A stretch of 46,675 nt of DNA from a virus. The notes under the pieces were generated by a model. The model made no database searches, was not told the DNA's origin, and saw nothing but the letters and a program-made list of their open reading frames with translations. The stretch is from the IMG/VR virus record IMGVR_UViG_3300035698_019051; one strand, 5' to 3'. Below, one piece after another: positions 1 to 9,729 of the stretch. Numbering within the stretch: position 1 is the stretch's first letter; each line of letters opens with the position of its first letter. The position numbers and the translations under genes are program-made.

Positions 1-301
1 GAATGAAATATACATGTTACACACTGGGGGTTTCACGTTGAGGGTGTAGTGAAGGGTCGGACCACGAATCACTCGGCTCGATTGCGGTAGTGGCTTGGAT
101 AATATCGCAAGACACAGGGGACCGGAAAGCATAGCCATCACAACAATTATTAAAATCTTCATCCATCATCTCCTAGTTTCTTATCTAAAGTCTTACCGAA
201 TTCATTAATAGCTTCCATCAGCCGATCTCTACTACCGCTACCTGGGTCGTTCAAGTCTACCTTCACGAACTTATCAACCACCCTACTCAGCTTCTCAGGA
301 A

Positions 302-502
302 TCACACCGGTGGGATAGTGGCTATAATGGGCTTATCGAACATTATCGCCAGGCCCAACTCCAATGCGAACTTAATATCCACCTTATCTGGTGATCCAGG
401 CGTGATGGAGACAAAAATCTCGCTATCCTCGATCATAGGCACCAGCTTCTCTCGCGCCCGTTTGGCGAATTCATCAAATTCCGGCCCGTATTCACTAGGC
501 AT
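302..502 (-). CDS. hypothetical protein
   Basis: 66-aa ORF on the dominant coding strand; no recognisable motifs. Confidence 0.35.
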   Translation of the reverse strand: MPSEYGPEFDEFAKRAREKLVPMIEDSEIFVSITPGSPDKVDIKFALELGLAIMFDKPIIATIPPV

Positions 503-503
503 G

Positions 504-851
504 CTACTCTCCGTTGGTGTACTTATAGAACACCCTTGCGATCTTATTTAAGGTGTCAGCGTCGAAGATTTGAGCTAGCTCTTCCTCTATTCCGCTTTTG
601 ATGGGATCGTCGTCGACACAGTGCAGGGCTTTATAAATTAGGCCCGGCTCCCATTCCACCTTCTCGATTGTTTCGTGCTCTTTCTTGCATTCGTTCAGGA
701 CATCTAGTAATTCTCCAGGGCCAACGTCTTCGACATAGAAGCCAGCTTGCCCTATCGATACCCATTCGTTGTCTGAACTATGTGCGTAATGCAAACCATG
801 CGCAGTACAAAACTCTTGCGCCCGTTGTTTGATATCTTCAGTCGTGCTCAT
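504..851 (-). CDS. hypothetical protein (ORF 504..965, start moved to internal Met MSTTED)
   Basis: A GC-rich upstream element lies inside the 5' part of the longer ORF, which argues for the internal start; no clear SD. Confidence 0.35.
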   Translation of the reverse strand: MSTTEDIKQRAQEFCTAHGLHYAHSSDNEWVSIGQAGFYVEDVGPGELLDVLNECKKEHETIEKVEWEPGLIYKALHCVDDDPIKSGIEEELAQIFDADTLNKIARVFYKYTNGE

Positions 852-856
852 ACGTG

Positions 857-890
857 GTCGTGCGGCGCGAGAGCCGCCATAGCAAATGGC
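857..890 (-). promoter_or_regulatory. GC-rich upstream element copy
   Basis: GTGCGGCGCGAGAGCCGCCATAGCAAATGG; family described in the findings. Confidence 0.35.
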
Positions 891-1135
891 TATGTGGCCG
901 CAGCTTTGGGGCAATACATAGATAGTTGATTTGAGGGTACGTTGTGGTAGTGGTGCTCGGTCCAATAGTTTTTATAATAAAGCCATCGAACGCCGATATT
1001 ATCCAAACCACCTCCAGGAGTTGCCATCCTAAACACTATCCCAAGTACGAGAGGATCCGGTACTTCTTGAAGATCACGTTGTCTTCGGCGTAAGCGTGGG
1101 TCATATCTCACAATGTCGCCGACTCGGAATCCCAT
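890..1135 (-). CDS. hypothetical small protein
   Basis: 81-aa ORF with AGGA about 9 nt upstream of the ATG; overlaps the long version of the downstream ORF. Confidence 0.3.
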   Translation of the reverse strand: MGFRVGDIVRYDPRLRRRQRDLQEVPDPLVLGIVFRMATPGGGLDNIGVRWLYYKNYWTEHHYHNVPSNQLSMYCPKAAAT

Positions 1136-1270
1136 AAAATAATCCTAAATACGACAATGGCCTAGGTGGAGGGAGACCTAGGCCATCATCAAAAGGAGTG
1201 TCCACAGCAGGCGGAGGGAGGCCTACTGCTTACGGACACAACTCGCTCATTACGCTTATCTTTGCTTGGG

Positions 1271-1594
1271 CTACAGCCCGATCACTCCATGTAGCTCACT
1301 TATCGATACCCCGAACCACACAACAAACCCCACAGTTGTGAGGATCGCGGCAATCGACCTGCAGAGCACTCTGAACCGCATCTTACTTCTGCCAAAGTCA
1401 CACGGCACCGATTCGGGTAGAAAGAAGCAAAGCAGCTGGGCTATGGTGCCCAAGAAGCAGATGCCGATGAAGAAGCAGGTCGACCAGATGCTGAATTTGG
1501 CCAGAACACCCGATGCGTCCAGATCACCCGCTTCGATATTCGGTATCAGGTTGCTCAGTGCCGAGAAGTCGATGAAGCCTTTCGGTATCAGCAT
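1271..1594 (-). CDS. putative membrane protein
   Basis: Several hydrophobic helices; GGGGTG SD-like sequence before the internal ATG (MLIPKG); the ORF-track start is TTG. Confidence 0.4.
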   Translation of the reverse strand: MLIPKGFIDFSALSNLIPNIEAGDLDASGVLAKFSIWSTCFFIGICFLGTIAQLLCFFLPESVPCDFGRSKMRFRVLCRSIAAILTTVGFVVWFGVSISELHGVIGL

Positions 1595-1632
1595 CACCCC
1601 CCACAAGTATTATAATAGCCCACGTTTTAACC

Positions 1633-2169
1633 TTATCCATCGTCCATTCCTTTCTTGGGGCTTATCGCCCAGCCATAATCGTACGTTTTTTCATCGCCAT
1701 CGCGATGCTCTGTGTCATTAAGGACCCAACTCGCCCAGGATTTACCACCCTTGCTAGCTCCGTTCTTATCCCATACCCATGTTTCGATCTTATTGCCGCT
1801 ATCAACGACGACGGTAGGGGTCCCATTATCCATGTGGCATTCGACTGCCTTAATGGTTTTTAGTCTATTCAGCTGCCTATAGGTTCTGAAAACTTGCTTG
1901 GGTAACTGCCTTCCGGGTCCTTGGTATGACCACTCCCATTCGTCGGTCACATCGCCCTCGTCGGGGTCAAACCGTGTTACCGTTATGCACGGCCTCAAAA
2001 CGTCAAGGCTCTCCGATCCGGTGTGGTAGAATCGTGTTTTTCTGACTTCCTTTAGAGTACCGAGCTCTTTGTAGTGGGCAACTAGTTCAGGCGGCAATTG
2101 CCGCACTGCGAAGTGCCCTTCTTGTTCTTTCTTGTTCTTACTGCCGTTACTCTGGCTGTTTCGCTGCAT
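1633..2169 (-). CDS. hypothetical protein
   Basis: 178-aa ORF; GAGGAG SD upstream of the ATG; GC-rich upstream element at 2181-2245. Confidence 0.55.
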   Translation of the reverse strand: MQRNSQSNGSKNKKEQEGHFAVRQLPPELVAHYKELGTLKEVRKTRFYHTGSESLDVLRPCITVTRFDPDEGDVTDEWEWSYQGPGRQLPKQVFRTYRQLNRLKTIKAVECHMDNGTPTVVVDSGNKIETWVWDKNGASKGGKSWASWVLNDTEHRDGDEKTYDYGWAISPKKGMDDG

Positions 2170-2180
2170 TTATGCTCCTC

Positions 2181-2245
2181 GCGCGTGCGCTGCGTTCGGC
2201 GTGTTGTGCCGCGCGCCGCGCTGCCGAGCAATTTGGCAGTTCATA
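2181..2245 (-). promoter_or_regulatory. GC-rich upstream element copy
   Basis: GTGCCGCGCGCCGCGCTGCCGAGCAATTTGG. Confidence 0.4.
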
Positions 2246-3023
2246 GTAGGTCTCTGGTGATTTTACCATCACTACATTGCCACAGCCGACTCGGAGAATC
2301 AGGGGTATCGTCTTCTTCGTCTTCGTCGTCTTCGTCGTCAGGAGGGCCGAATTGCCCCAGGTATTTGTCAGCGTTAACCACTGGGATTCCGCGTAACCAA
2401 TGAATGTTGTCGGGGTCATACGGCGTATCCCCAACTTCACAAGCGCGGTTTAATAGAGCTGGGTCCAAAAGCCCCACATCGATCGTATCCCCGTCTTGCG
2501 GTAGATCGCCACCGCGATCGAGAAGAGTATCGATAACCGACATCGGTTCAGAACCAAAAGACAAAGGAACGAAAAACGCCGTTGAATTGCTTTTAACTTT
2601 CAGCTCTGGTGCAACTTCTTGAATGTTAAATGTCATACGTGACATAGACTTGGCAATATTAGGCATCAGAGCACAACTATACCATCGCCCTTCTTTGTCG
2701 TAATAGATAGCAAACTGGAAGAATTCCTCAGGCTTATCTTGAGACCACCAATTAAGGTGCTTACAGATCTCTGAGCTTTGAGGCAATACAAATATTGGGC
2801 ATGGGTCGTGTGGAACATCATCCTCCTCACGCCAGGACCAGCAGCACGCCTCTGCACTCCCCAAATCTGCAGCATCATCCATGAACTTGATAAGAGATCT
2901 AATAACCTTCTTTTGCTGCCACTTAGTGGACAATTCGCTCAAAGGCCATTGTGGATAGAACAATGGCACGTATGATAAGGTTATCATTGACGTGCCATCC
3001 TCGTTAGAAGTATTCGTATTCAT
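2241..3023 (-). CDS. hypothetical protein with acidic C-terminal tail (DDEDDEDEEDD)
   Basis: 260-aa ORF; AGGAG SD; GC-rich upstream element at 3034-3090. Confidence 0.6.
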   Translation of the reverse strand: MNTNTSNEDGTSMITLSYVPLFYPQWPLSELSTKWQQKKVIRSLIKFMDDAADLGSAEACCWSWREEDDVPHDPCPIFVLPQSSEICKHLNWWSQDKPEEFFQFAIYYDKEGRWYSCALMPNIAKSMSRMTFNIQEVAPELKVKSNSTAFFVPLSFGSEPMSVIDTLLDRGGDLPQDGDTIDVGLLDPALLNRACEVGDTPYDPDNIHWLRGIPVVNADKYLGQFGPPDDEDDEDEEDDTPDSPSRLWQCSDGKITRDLL

Positions 3024-3033
3024 AATACACTCC

Positions 3034-3090
3034 TGCGCCCCAAGCGGCGCGACGTGTCGTGTCGCGACGGCGGCGCAGAAGAAACTATGA
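3034..3090 (-). promoter_or_regulatory. GC-rich upstream element copy
   Basis: GTGTCGTGTCGCGACGGCGGCGCAGAAGAAACTAT. Confidence 0.4.
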
Positions 3091-3510
3091 GTTGGGGGAT
3101 TCTACATCGTCGGCGGCTTCGACTTCGGTTTCGGCTTCGGCTTCGACCTGTGGCTCCTCAATAGATTCATCAGCAGGGAGGTCTAGAGCGGGGTCGATCT
3201 CAATAACCAGACCGGCAGGAATTGCTACGGAGCAGTCCGCGATGTCGGCAGGTACGTATGTCTTGAGCTTCTTCTGGAGCTTATCCGTGTCCAATCCCAG
3301 AATTCGTGGTTTCCACTTTCTACCCACTTTGCCGTTGTAGATGTTGGCATGGATAACTTCAGAGGTGTCGTCATTGACCAATACCCATGCGAATGCATCC
3401 ATCCCTTTACCTTGGAAGTGTTCTAGGGGCTTTTTGAAGACCCTTGTAACTTCGACCGCTGCCATATTGATACCAAATTTCTCGCGTTTCTCTTTGTCAT
3501 TCATTGCCAT
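3085..3510 (-). CDS. hypothetical protein with acidic C-terminal tail
   Basis: 141-aa ORF; C-terminus is EAEAETEVEAADD. Confidence 0.5.
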   Translation of the reverse strand: MAMNDKEKREKFGINMAAVEVTRVFKKPLEHFQGKGMDAFAWVLVNDDTSEVIHANIYNGKVGRKWKPRILGLDTDKLQKKLKTYVPADIADCSVAIPAGLVIEIDPALDLPADESIEEPQVEAEAETEVEAADDVESPNS

Positions 3511-3633
3511 TGCTTTGTTCTCCAGTTTGCAATATTGTTAGTAGCTTTAGCGATGTCTGTTAAATACTGCATAATGCCAGTGATATTATTGCGGTCCGGC
3601 AAAAATAGCAAAACGAGCACAGGAACCAACAAG

Positions 3634-4434
3634 ATGCATAGAACTGAAGTTAATACGACCTATTGTCTGAATTCTTCTAAAAAATTCAAAGCAGAAGTTA
3701 AAGCGGAAGTTAAAGCGAAGGTTGCGACGAAAACTAGTTCGGCCAAGGCCATATACGGATTTTTCCACATAGCAACAATGCCTGCCCATGCAAATCGATG
3801 GGAGTCGATTGTCGATGAGCTAATAGGGCATTTAAAGGAAAGTCAGCTTCTGGGGAACACGAAATTATTTACACAAGTTTACCTTGGTCCTAAAGCCGAT
3901 AAATTTGCGAATCAGACTAATTGGCTATGGTCTGGGGAAAATGTTAAGGCGGTATCTGCTGGAGCCAATTTGCGGTTATATGAGGGCCCAACTCTCAAAG
4001 AATTATGGGAAAAATGCAATGAGACCGAGGAAGAATTTTATGTCTATTATTTTCATACAAAAGGAGCATCTTACAGACCAAATAACAAATCGGCTCACTG
4101 GAGGCACATTATGACCGATATCATAATCCTAAATTGGAGAAGATGCGTAGAATTACTAGATGCTGGCGAAGTCACGTGTGGAATTAGATTTAGTCGCGCC
4201 AGCCAGCCGCATTATTCTGGTAACTTTTGGTGGGCTAAAGCTTCTCACATACGAACTTTAGAAAAACCAAGCGATAGCCGAAACCGATTCTATTTTGAAA
4301 ACTGGTTATCTCCCCCAATACGATGTGCCCCGAGCACTGCCGGGACCGTTGATTGTCGTAGCCTCGGAGGGTGGGCATTGAGACCTAAGAAATGGTACAT
4401 AAACAACATAAGGAAGAAAATTCACTACGCATAG
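3634..4434 (+). CDS. hypothetical protein encoded in an AT-rich island
   Basis: Long ORF (3535..4434 in the track) with AGGAA 8 nt before the Met34 ATG. Composition is visibly lower GC than its neighbours and it lies on the opposite strand. It contains a short AEVKAEVKAKV repeat. A sugar-transferase-like function is only a weak guess. Confidence 0.45.
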   Translation: MHRTEVNTTYCLNSSKKFKAEVKAEVKAKVATKTSSAKAIYGFFHIATMPAHANRWESIVDELIGHLKESQLLGNTKLFTQVYLGPKADKFANQTNWLWSGENVKAVSAGANLRLYEGPTLKELWEKCNETEEEFYVYYFHTKGASYRPNNKSAHWRHIMTDIIILNWRRCVELLDAGEVTCGIRFSRASQPHYSGNFWWAKASHIRTLEKPSDSRNRFYFENWLSPPIRCAPSTAGTVDCRSLGGWALRPKKWYINNIRKKIHYA

Positions 4435-4574
4435 AGCACATTGACCCGAACTGTAATTAGATGAGATGACGCAGGACACGTCGTAGAGAGACGCCGAATA
4501 ATGTCGATGGTTGAAGCCCGTATTTAAAAAGGGTCGCGTTTCCCCCGACGCGGCAACGATGCCCCGGTTTGAGG

Positions 4575-4605
4575 TCTCCCCCCACCTTGGATTGGGGCAC
4601 TTTTT
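4575..4605 (+). terminator. weak candidate terminator
   Basis: CCCCA...TGGGG short stem followed by CACTTTTTT downstream of the + strand gene. Confidence 0.25.
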
Positions 4606-4647
4606 TAGGCTCAAACAAATATATAGTATTGACTGAGGAGATATAAT

Positions 4648-4890
4648 ATGGCCGTACATGTTGCCAGAATAAATCTAATGTACGTTACACAAATAGGGAC
4701 TGTTAAGACCCACGCACAGATGACTATCGGTGAAGCAGCAAATGCTACACAGGAGCATAGGGTAATAATAGATGCCGACATCCCCAATACGGCTGGAAAC
4801 CCCGCAGTTGATGCGTATCTTGCATTAGAAGATGGCGATAGCTTTACGCTAAACCATCTGGACCAGACGTATTGCATTACATACGATTGA
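4648..4890 (+). CDS. small hypothetical protein
   Basis: 80-aa ORF preceded by GAGGAG 8 nt upstream of the ATG; the overlapping minus ORF 4611..4877 is rejected. Confidence 0.5.
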   Translation: MAVHVARINLMYVTQIGTVKTHAQMTIGEAANATQEHRVIIDADIPNTAGNPAVDAYLALEDGDSFTLNHLDQTYCITYD

Positions 4891-5137
4891 TTCTACCTGT
4901 CTTAGAACAAGGGCTTGCCTTGCTCCGCCAGCTGAATGAGTTTGAGGACTCGCTCCTCCTGTTCTGACCTTAGCCGACAATTTAGGGGCGTATCTTTTCT
5001 CATACCCACCCCGGCATGCGACTTTGTGGTCTTGGTTCCCTGGACGTAACGATCCTTACGAATTGCTGTACCTAGAATCATAATGTCACCTCTATTTTAT
5101 ATTCAAAGCGAGACATAATTTGGTAATATATATAGAA

Positions 5138-5169
5138 AGATGGGCCAGCCCCCAAGGACTAGCCCATCT
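5138..5169. terminator. hairpin between convergent genes
   Basis: AGATGGGC/GCCCATCT 8-bp stem with a large loop and a T/A-rich minus-strand tail, downstream of 5199..5477. Confidence 0.3.
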
Positions 5170-5198
5170 TCACACCACTACGAATTCGTTACGTTTGT

Positions 5199-5477
5199 TT
5201 AGCCCTTCATATCCTCTGCCGTAACTCCCAAAGCCAGAAGGAAGGCGACAACGAAGCAGACTACTGCTCCAATAAAGGTGAATACCGAGAACGTGCCGAG
5301 CCACCCCGCCAACCACCCGCTCGATATGAAACAGGCATATCCAGAGCCGAATGAAATAGCGATGAACATCGCTCCCCAGCACACAAATAAGGCTAGCTTG
5401 CTCATTGGGGTTTTCTCCCCGGCTTGAGCAACCATCTCCGCTATCGGGTCCTTCTTCTCGTCTTCTTTCTTTGCCAT
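5199..5477 (-). CDS. small membrane protein (about 3 TM helices)
   Basis: Hydrophobic segments after a charged N-terminus; the overlapping ORF 5170..5532 is rejected. Confidence 0.5.
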   Translation of the reverse strand: MAKKEDEKKDPIAEMVAQAGEKTPMSKLALFVCWGAMFIAISFGSGYACFISSGWLAGWLGTFSVFTFIGAVVCFVVAFLLALGVTAEDMKG

Positions 5478-5593
5478 ATTTATTACCAGGGGCCTCTGTC
5501 GTGTGATGGCGGGATGAGGAGCGATAACCCAACGATTATCGCTCCTAGCAACCCACCACCTAAAAATGCGATGATGAACTCACGCACCGGCTT

Positions 5594-6451
5594 TTACGCC
5601 TTTATGTACTGAGTGCTGTGCGAACCCAAGGCTTCGATCAGGTTCCGCATCAGCTCGGGATCGTTATTGCACAGGCGAGCCAGATCAGCCGGGACGCCTT
5701 TGCGGACGGTAGTTCGGGGTGTGGCGATGAGTAGTGCAGCCGCTTTCTCGGCGGTGAGAACCGGCTCAGTAGCGGGTTCAGTCGACATTACTTCATTGGC
5801 CTGCTTCAACGCAGCAGACATCGTCAACTTCTGTGCTGCTGGCAATGCCGTACATGCTTCCAGAAGATCCTTTAACGCTTTTGCCGCTAGGTCACCAGTA
5901 ACCAGCGATTGGATCTTCGCCCCCAGTGCCGGCATAACCCCATCCTCATTCAGGATGTCGTTGTTGAACGAGAAGGTCATGTCGTGCTTGACGATTTCGG
6001 CGGTCGTCTCTTCGCCGACAAGTGCCGTTAACGTCTGCATCTGTTCATCGGAGACAACGTACTGTTCCCCGCGATCCTGGACGACCAGGGTGACCTGGCA
6101 GGACTTCTTGACTACCTTGCCGTCTTCGTCCTTGATCTCCGGAGTGCGGAACTTTATGCTCTTATCCGGTTGGCGTCCATCTTTGGAGAACACATCCAAG
6201 AATGCTTCGAGGCAGTGAGGGAGGGCGGTGCTTTTGGCTATGCCCTTCTCGGCCTTGGCTGTTTTCTCACGGCCATCTGCCGCTACGAATTCATCAATGG
6301 CGAGTGCGACTTCTTCATCGTCACCGGCAATTTTGCCATCGACAACTGTACCAACCAAGTAATTAAGCCCATCGGACTTCTTGGCTGCTGTCTTGGGTGC
6401 TGCTCCCGCGTTGGCTGCGGCAGCTGCGAATGGGTTTGGTGCATCAGGCAT
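5594..6451 (-). CDS. hypothetical Ala/Lys-rich protein (structural or scaffold-like, speculative)
   Basis: AGGAG SD 7 nt before the internal ATG (MPDAPN); Ala-rich N-terminus. Confidence 0.55.
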   Translation of the reverse strand: MPDAPNPFAAAAANAGAAPKTAAKKSDGLNYLVGTVVDGKIAGDDEEVALAIDEFVAADGREKTAKAEKGIAKSTALPHCLEAFLDVFSKDGRQPDKSIKFRTPEIKDEDGKVVKKSCQVTLVVQDRGEQYVVSDEQMQTLTALVGEETTAEIVKHDMTFSFNNDILNEDGVMPALGAKIQSLVTGDLAAKALKDLLEACTALPAAQKLTMSAALKQANEVMSTEPATEPVLTAEKAAALLIATPRTTVRKGVPADLARLCNNDPELMRNLIEALGSHSTQYIKA

Positions 6452-6525
6452 AATGGGATCTCCTAAATCCTGGTCACTCTGGTGGCCCACATGTTTTGCG
6501 GCACAACAAGCGACTCTAATATTTG

Positions 6526-7134
6526 TTATTCCAGGTCCTTGAAATCGCCGTTGGCTTCCATGAACTTGGCCACTGCTTCCTGGACCATCTCCAGGTTCGC
6601 CTTTGCGTGTGGTCCGTCCAGTTTAAGCTCCTGCACGTCACCCTTACGGGCTTCGAAGTGCTTATCGCCATCGCTCAGCAACGGCATCTGGTCGTTGTCA
6701 TAGCATTCGATTTCGGTTCCGTCTTTGGCTACGGGGCGGCATTCCACACGCATCCGAACCAGCGGAACAACGCTGGGATTTTGCAGGTCTTCGATGATCT
6801 CACCGTCGAGGAGACCAACCAGGGTCATCTCGTCGCGGATTACCATGAACTTGTAGAAGATTTCGGGCATCGGCTGCGCTTTCGCTGCGGCGATGACTTC
6901 GTCTACATTGGTCATGCCCTCGGGCATGGCTTCCATAGTGCCCGATTCTTTGTCGAAGAGCATGTAGATGGTGGATTCGGTCTCATCGCCACCCGGTGTC
7001 ACCTTCGCGATGGCAGTCAGTTGGCCTTGGCCCTTAATCAGCTCTTCGAAAGTGCCACTGGCATTCCAGCGAATTGCACGGATGCATGGTGCCTTGGCGG
7101 TTGAGAACGAGGTTTTTCCTTGCAGTACTAGCAT
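6526..7134 (-). CDS. hypothetical protein
   Basis: 202-aa ORF; AAGGA SD; GC-rich upstream element at 7181-7245. Confidence 0.6.
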   Translation of the reverse strand: MLVLQGKTSFSTAKAPCIRAIRWNASGTFEELIKGQGQLTAIAKVTPGGDETESTIYMLFDKESGTMEAMPEGMTNVDEVIAAAKAQPMPEIFYKFMVIRDEMTLVGLLDGEIIEDLQNPSVVPLVRMRVECRPVAKDGTEIECYDNDQMPLLSDGDKHFEARKGDVQELKLDGPHAKANLEMVQEAVAKFMEANGDFKDLE

Positions 7135-7180
7135 TGCGATATCCTTTATCTTGTGGTGTGGTGTGTTTAACTCTCACTAG

Positions 7181-7245
7181 GGCGGGAGGCACCCTCGCCC
7201 GCGTGTGGCCGTGCCGCGCGGCGGCGCAGGCCGAAACTACCTATT
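7181..7245 (-). promoter_or_regulatory. GC-rich upstream element copy
   Basis: GTGTGGCCGTGCCGCGCGGCGGCGCAGGCCGAAACTAC. Confidence 0.4.
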
Positions 7246-7448
7246 GGGAACTTGGAATTGTCTACAGCCGTTGCCCGGTCTACTTGGTATAGGCCCCTGA
7301 GTCTTTAGCTTTCCTACCCAGCTCTCGGAGATATTCAATCTCCTGACTCATCGTTGGTCGTTTAATCTTGTGTTTCCAAAGTCGCATCCACAGTCGTCTC
7401 AATAATTCTCGCATAGGGATTGCTCCTAGAAAAATCACGAAATCCATT

Positions 7449-8045
7449 TCAGCTAAGCCAAGTATCACAAAGCTCTTTGATTGCCAACAAAGTAGCTTGC
7501 GGACTGGCGTCTTTCTCGTCCCACCCCGCCACTACCATTGCACGCCTAATTTCTTTAAAGGCTGGCATGAACCCACCCACTATCTGTTCCCTGTTAGGAA
7601 TTTCTGAAATTGCATCTTCAAAATCTTCCAATGTCCGACGTGCTCTTACATCTGGATCAAGCTCAAACTTAACCGGCTTCCCATCACTATCCTTAAATTC
7701 ATATCTAATTGTCTGTGTGATCGGCGTCGGCCCACCCTTCCGAGCGGTCTCAACATTTCGTTGTAACTGAATTTGAGCAGCATCAATAGCACGCCCTAAC
7801 TTAGCAACTGCAGCTGGCTCCGGCATTTCATCTGGCCCCAACTCCGCCAGCTGTGCTGCACCATGTTGCTTAAGGATAGCATTGAGTTTGTCTTCAAACC
7901 CATTGGCCTGTGCAGAGGCGCGGAGTACTTGGAAATTCCGCAAGATTGCGTCCGCTCGACTGCGCTCGTATTGGACACCCAATTGGGGGTCATTCAACTG
8001 AAGATCGTAAGAGGCCATACTTTTTAGGTTTGCTGGTCCATCCAA
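7449..8045 (-). CDS. hypothetical protein
   Basis: 198-aa ORF in the co-directional array. Confidence 0.5.
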   Translation of the reverse strand: MDGPANLKSMASYDLQLNDPQLGVQYERSRADAILRNFQVLRASAQANGFEDKLNAILKQHGAAQLAELGPDEMPEPAAVAKLGRAIDAAQIQLQRNVETARKGGPTPITQTIRYEFKDSDGKPVKFELDPDVRARRTLEDFEDAISEIPNREQIVGGFMPAFKEIRRAMVVAGWDEKDASPQATLLAIKELCDTWLS

Positions 8046-9064
8046 GTTTTAATTGCCAATGTAAGCAATTCCTTATCATGAGGCGACAATTTCAAGCTGC
8101 AGCCCCTGAACATAATCTTGAAATACTTCCTACCAGACAACTCATACCATCCAATATCGTTAAAAGCAATTGTATGTGAGCGGGCCTCATAGTCCCACGT
8201 GTTCAAGACGAACCATACATTCTCGTTAGCTGGGTTATTGACATCGAATGAAAAGCTTCCATCTTGATGCAATGCACCCGCATCCAACACCGTCGCCGTT
8301 CTTAGTATGTTGTTTCGGAGAGTACCCTTCATAACTGCGCATCGCCGCTGCGTCCGTGGGTCATAGCTCATCTCGTGGTCTATGAAATCTTTAGCATCGA
8401 ACTGTGCCGGTGCCGGCAGTTTTGTGTAGTCAATATTCTTTTTGTGGGATATCTCCCCATCGGCTATCTTCACAGCTTCTGTGAGTGATTCGCAATAAGG
8501 AGAATCTACCAATGTATAATGCTTCGCGGCACGCGGTTTAGCCCTGACTTCAAAATCAGTCATGAATGTCGCACTACCGTTTCTGAGACGGAAGGACACT
8601 TTTACCCCATCCTTAACGCCGTTGACCATATTATTCCTGCTGTGCTGAACAAATATCGGGCCAGACGGTTCTCGACCATAACCTGGCCTACCCTGCTCCA
8701 AAGTCATCTTCGCGTGCGTCTTATATCCTAAAAACGCGAGCGTATTTATGTTGTTCATAAATGCGTCATTGTACTCTGTATTAAATTGTGGACGTCCAGT
8801 TCCAAGGCAGCAGAAATACAAGAACAAGCGATGGCCACCTTCGCGGTTGAATTGCACTTTATAACAATTGGCTCTTAGCCCACCACCCACCCAAGCCCCA
8901 TTGACCCAGCTTTCGCGTACCGTAGCCTCAATTTGAACTGGCTCCCGAGCTGTCCATCCCTCTAAGCCCTTCCATCGCTTGATATGCTTCATTACAGTTT
9001 GTAATGACCCTGGAATTGTTTGGGTGCCACTAAATATAGCGGCATCTAATGAATATTCAGCCAT
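8024..9064 (-). CDS. hypothetical protein
   Basis: 346-aa ORF; GGAG SD. Confidence 0.6.
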   Translation of the reverse strand: MAEYSLDAAIFSGTQTIPGSLQTVMKHIKRWKGLEGWTAREPVQIEATVRESWVNGAWVGGGLRANCYKVQFNREGGHRLFLYFCCLGTGRPQFNTEYNDAFMNNINTLAFLGYKTHAKMTLEQGRPGYGREPSGPIFVQHSRNNMVNGVKDGVKVSFRLRNGSATFMTDFEVRAKPRAAKHYTLVDSPYCESLTEAVKIADGEISHKKNIDYTKLPAPAQFDAKDFIDHEMSYDPRTQRRCAVMKGTLRNNILRTATVLDAGALHQDGSFSFDVNNPANENVWFVLNTWDYEARSHTIAFNDIGWYELSGRKYFKIMFRGCSLKLSPHDKELLTLAIKTWMDQQT

Positions 9065-9397
9065 TTATCTCTCAGCTCCGTTATTGTCGCCAAACGTAGC
9101 ATCTACATAATCTGCAATGCTCGTTATTATTATTGTTTTGTCTCCACTAGTCAATTCCATCCCAGTATAGCCAGTGGGATATGAGTGGAACTTCTTGTTG
9201 TTCCCTTTGATTAGTGGACACCATTTCTCGCCATCTGTAATGACATTGTGTGGATGTGAGGTTATATTTCGAACCACACGTGCCACCAATGGCCAGGCGA
9301 TCCCAGTAAGTAGGAACATTACAGGGGCGTCGGGGTTTTGTAACTCATCGACCCACGCCGTTAATCTTCCAGTGGCATCATACGTATATGACGCCAT
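9065..9397 (-). CDS. hypothetical protein
   Basis: 110-aa ORF abutting the downstream gene. Confidence 0.45.
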   Translation of the reverse strand: MASYTYDATGRLTAWVDELQNPDAPVMFLLTGIAWPLVARVVRNITSHPHNVITDGEKWCPLIKGNNKKFHSYPTGYTGMELTSGDKTIIITSIADYVDATFGDNNGAER

Positions 9398-9458
9398 GCT
9401 TACGTGTGAGGGCCAACGTATTATACGCTTCCCTTCACTATACTTAAACCAAAGATGC

Positions 9459-9728
9459 CTATTTGGTATTCCGATAGATAGTATCCGCCATCAACACCGC
9501 GTCTTCGAATCCTGTCTGTCCCATAAACATACGGAAGTCGTGGAATCCAAACAATCCGAAATTCACGCCGCTAGGTTTAATAGGTGCATCGCTCACAGCA
9601 CTGCTTGGGATGTTATCAGAGAGGATATCTAGCCATCTCTGCTGATCTGCCCGCACATCGCCTATAACGAAAACTTGAGTAGGCTTCTTTAACACAAAAT
9701 TTACGCCTGTAGTCATGCCTGTAGCCAT
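9459..9728 (-). CDS. hypothetical protein
   Basis: 89-aa ORF. Confidence 0.4.
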   Translation of the reverse strand: MATGMTTGVNFVLKKPTQVFVIGDVRADQQRWLDILSDNIPSSAVSDAPIKPSGVNFGLFGFHDFRMFMGQTGFEDAVLMADTIYRNTK

Positions 9729-9729
9729 T

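Noticed and set aside
12-169. About 50-aa minus-strand ORF starting ATGATG next to AGGAG near the window start
   Set aside because: The SD abuts the start codon with 0-3 nt spacing and the product is featureless; too weak to call
4611-4877. 88-aa hydrophobic minus-strand ORF
   Set aside because: It overlaps the + strand 80-aa ORF, which has a strong GAGGAG SD. The minus ORF lacks an SD and lies in the AT-rich island, where the strand polarity is reversed
4900-5140. Non-coding stretch examined for a tRNA or small RNA
   Set aside because: No cloverleaf-compatible GTTC/TpsiC-type arm and acceptor pairing found by eye; it would need tRNAscan or Infernal to exclude formally
6523-7104. 193-aa + strand ORF antisense to 6526..7134
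   Set aside because: It is the mirror image of a minus-strand gene that has a good SD and an upstream element; His/Leu/Val-rich artefactual composition
7181-7245. Sigma-54 promoter interpretation of the GGCAC-containing elements
   Set aside because: No TTGC at the required 5-nt spacing downstream of GGCAC in any copy
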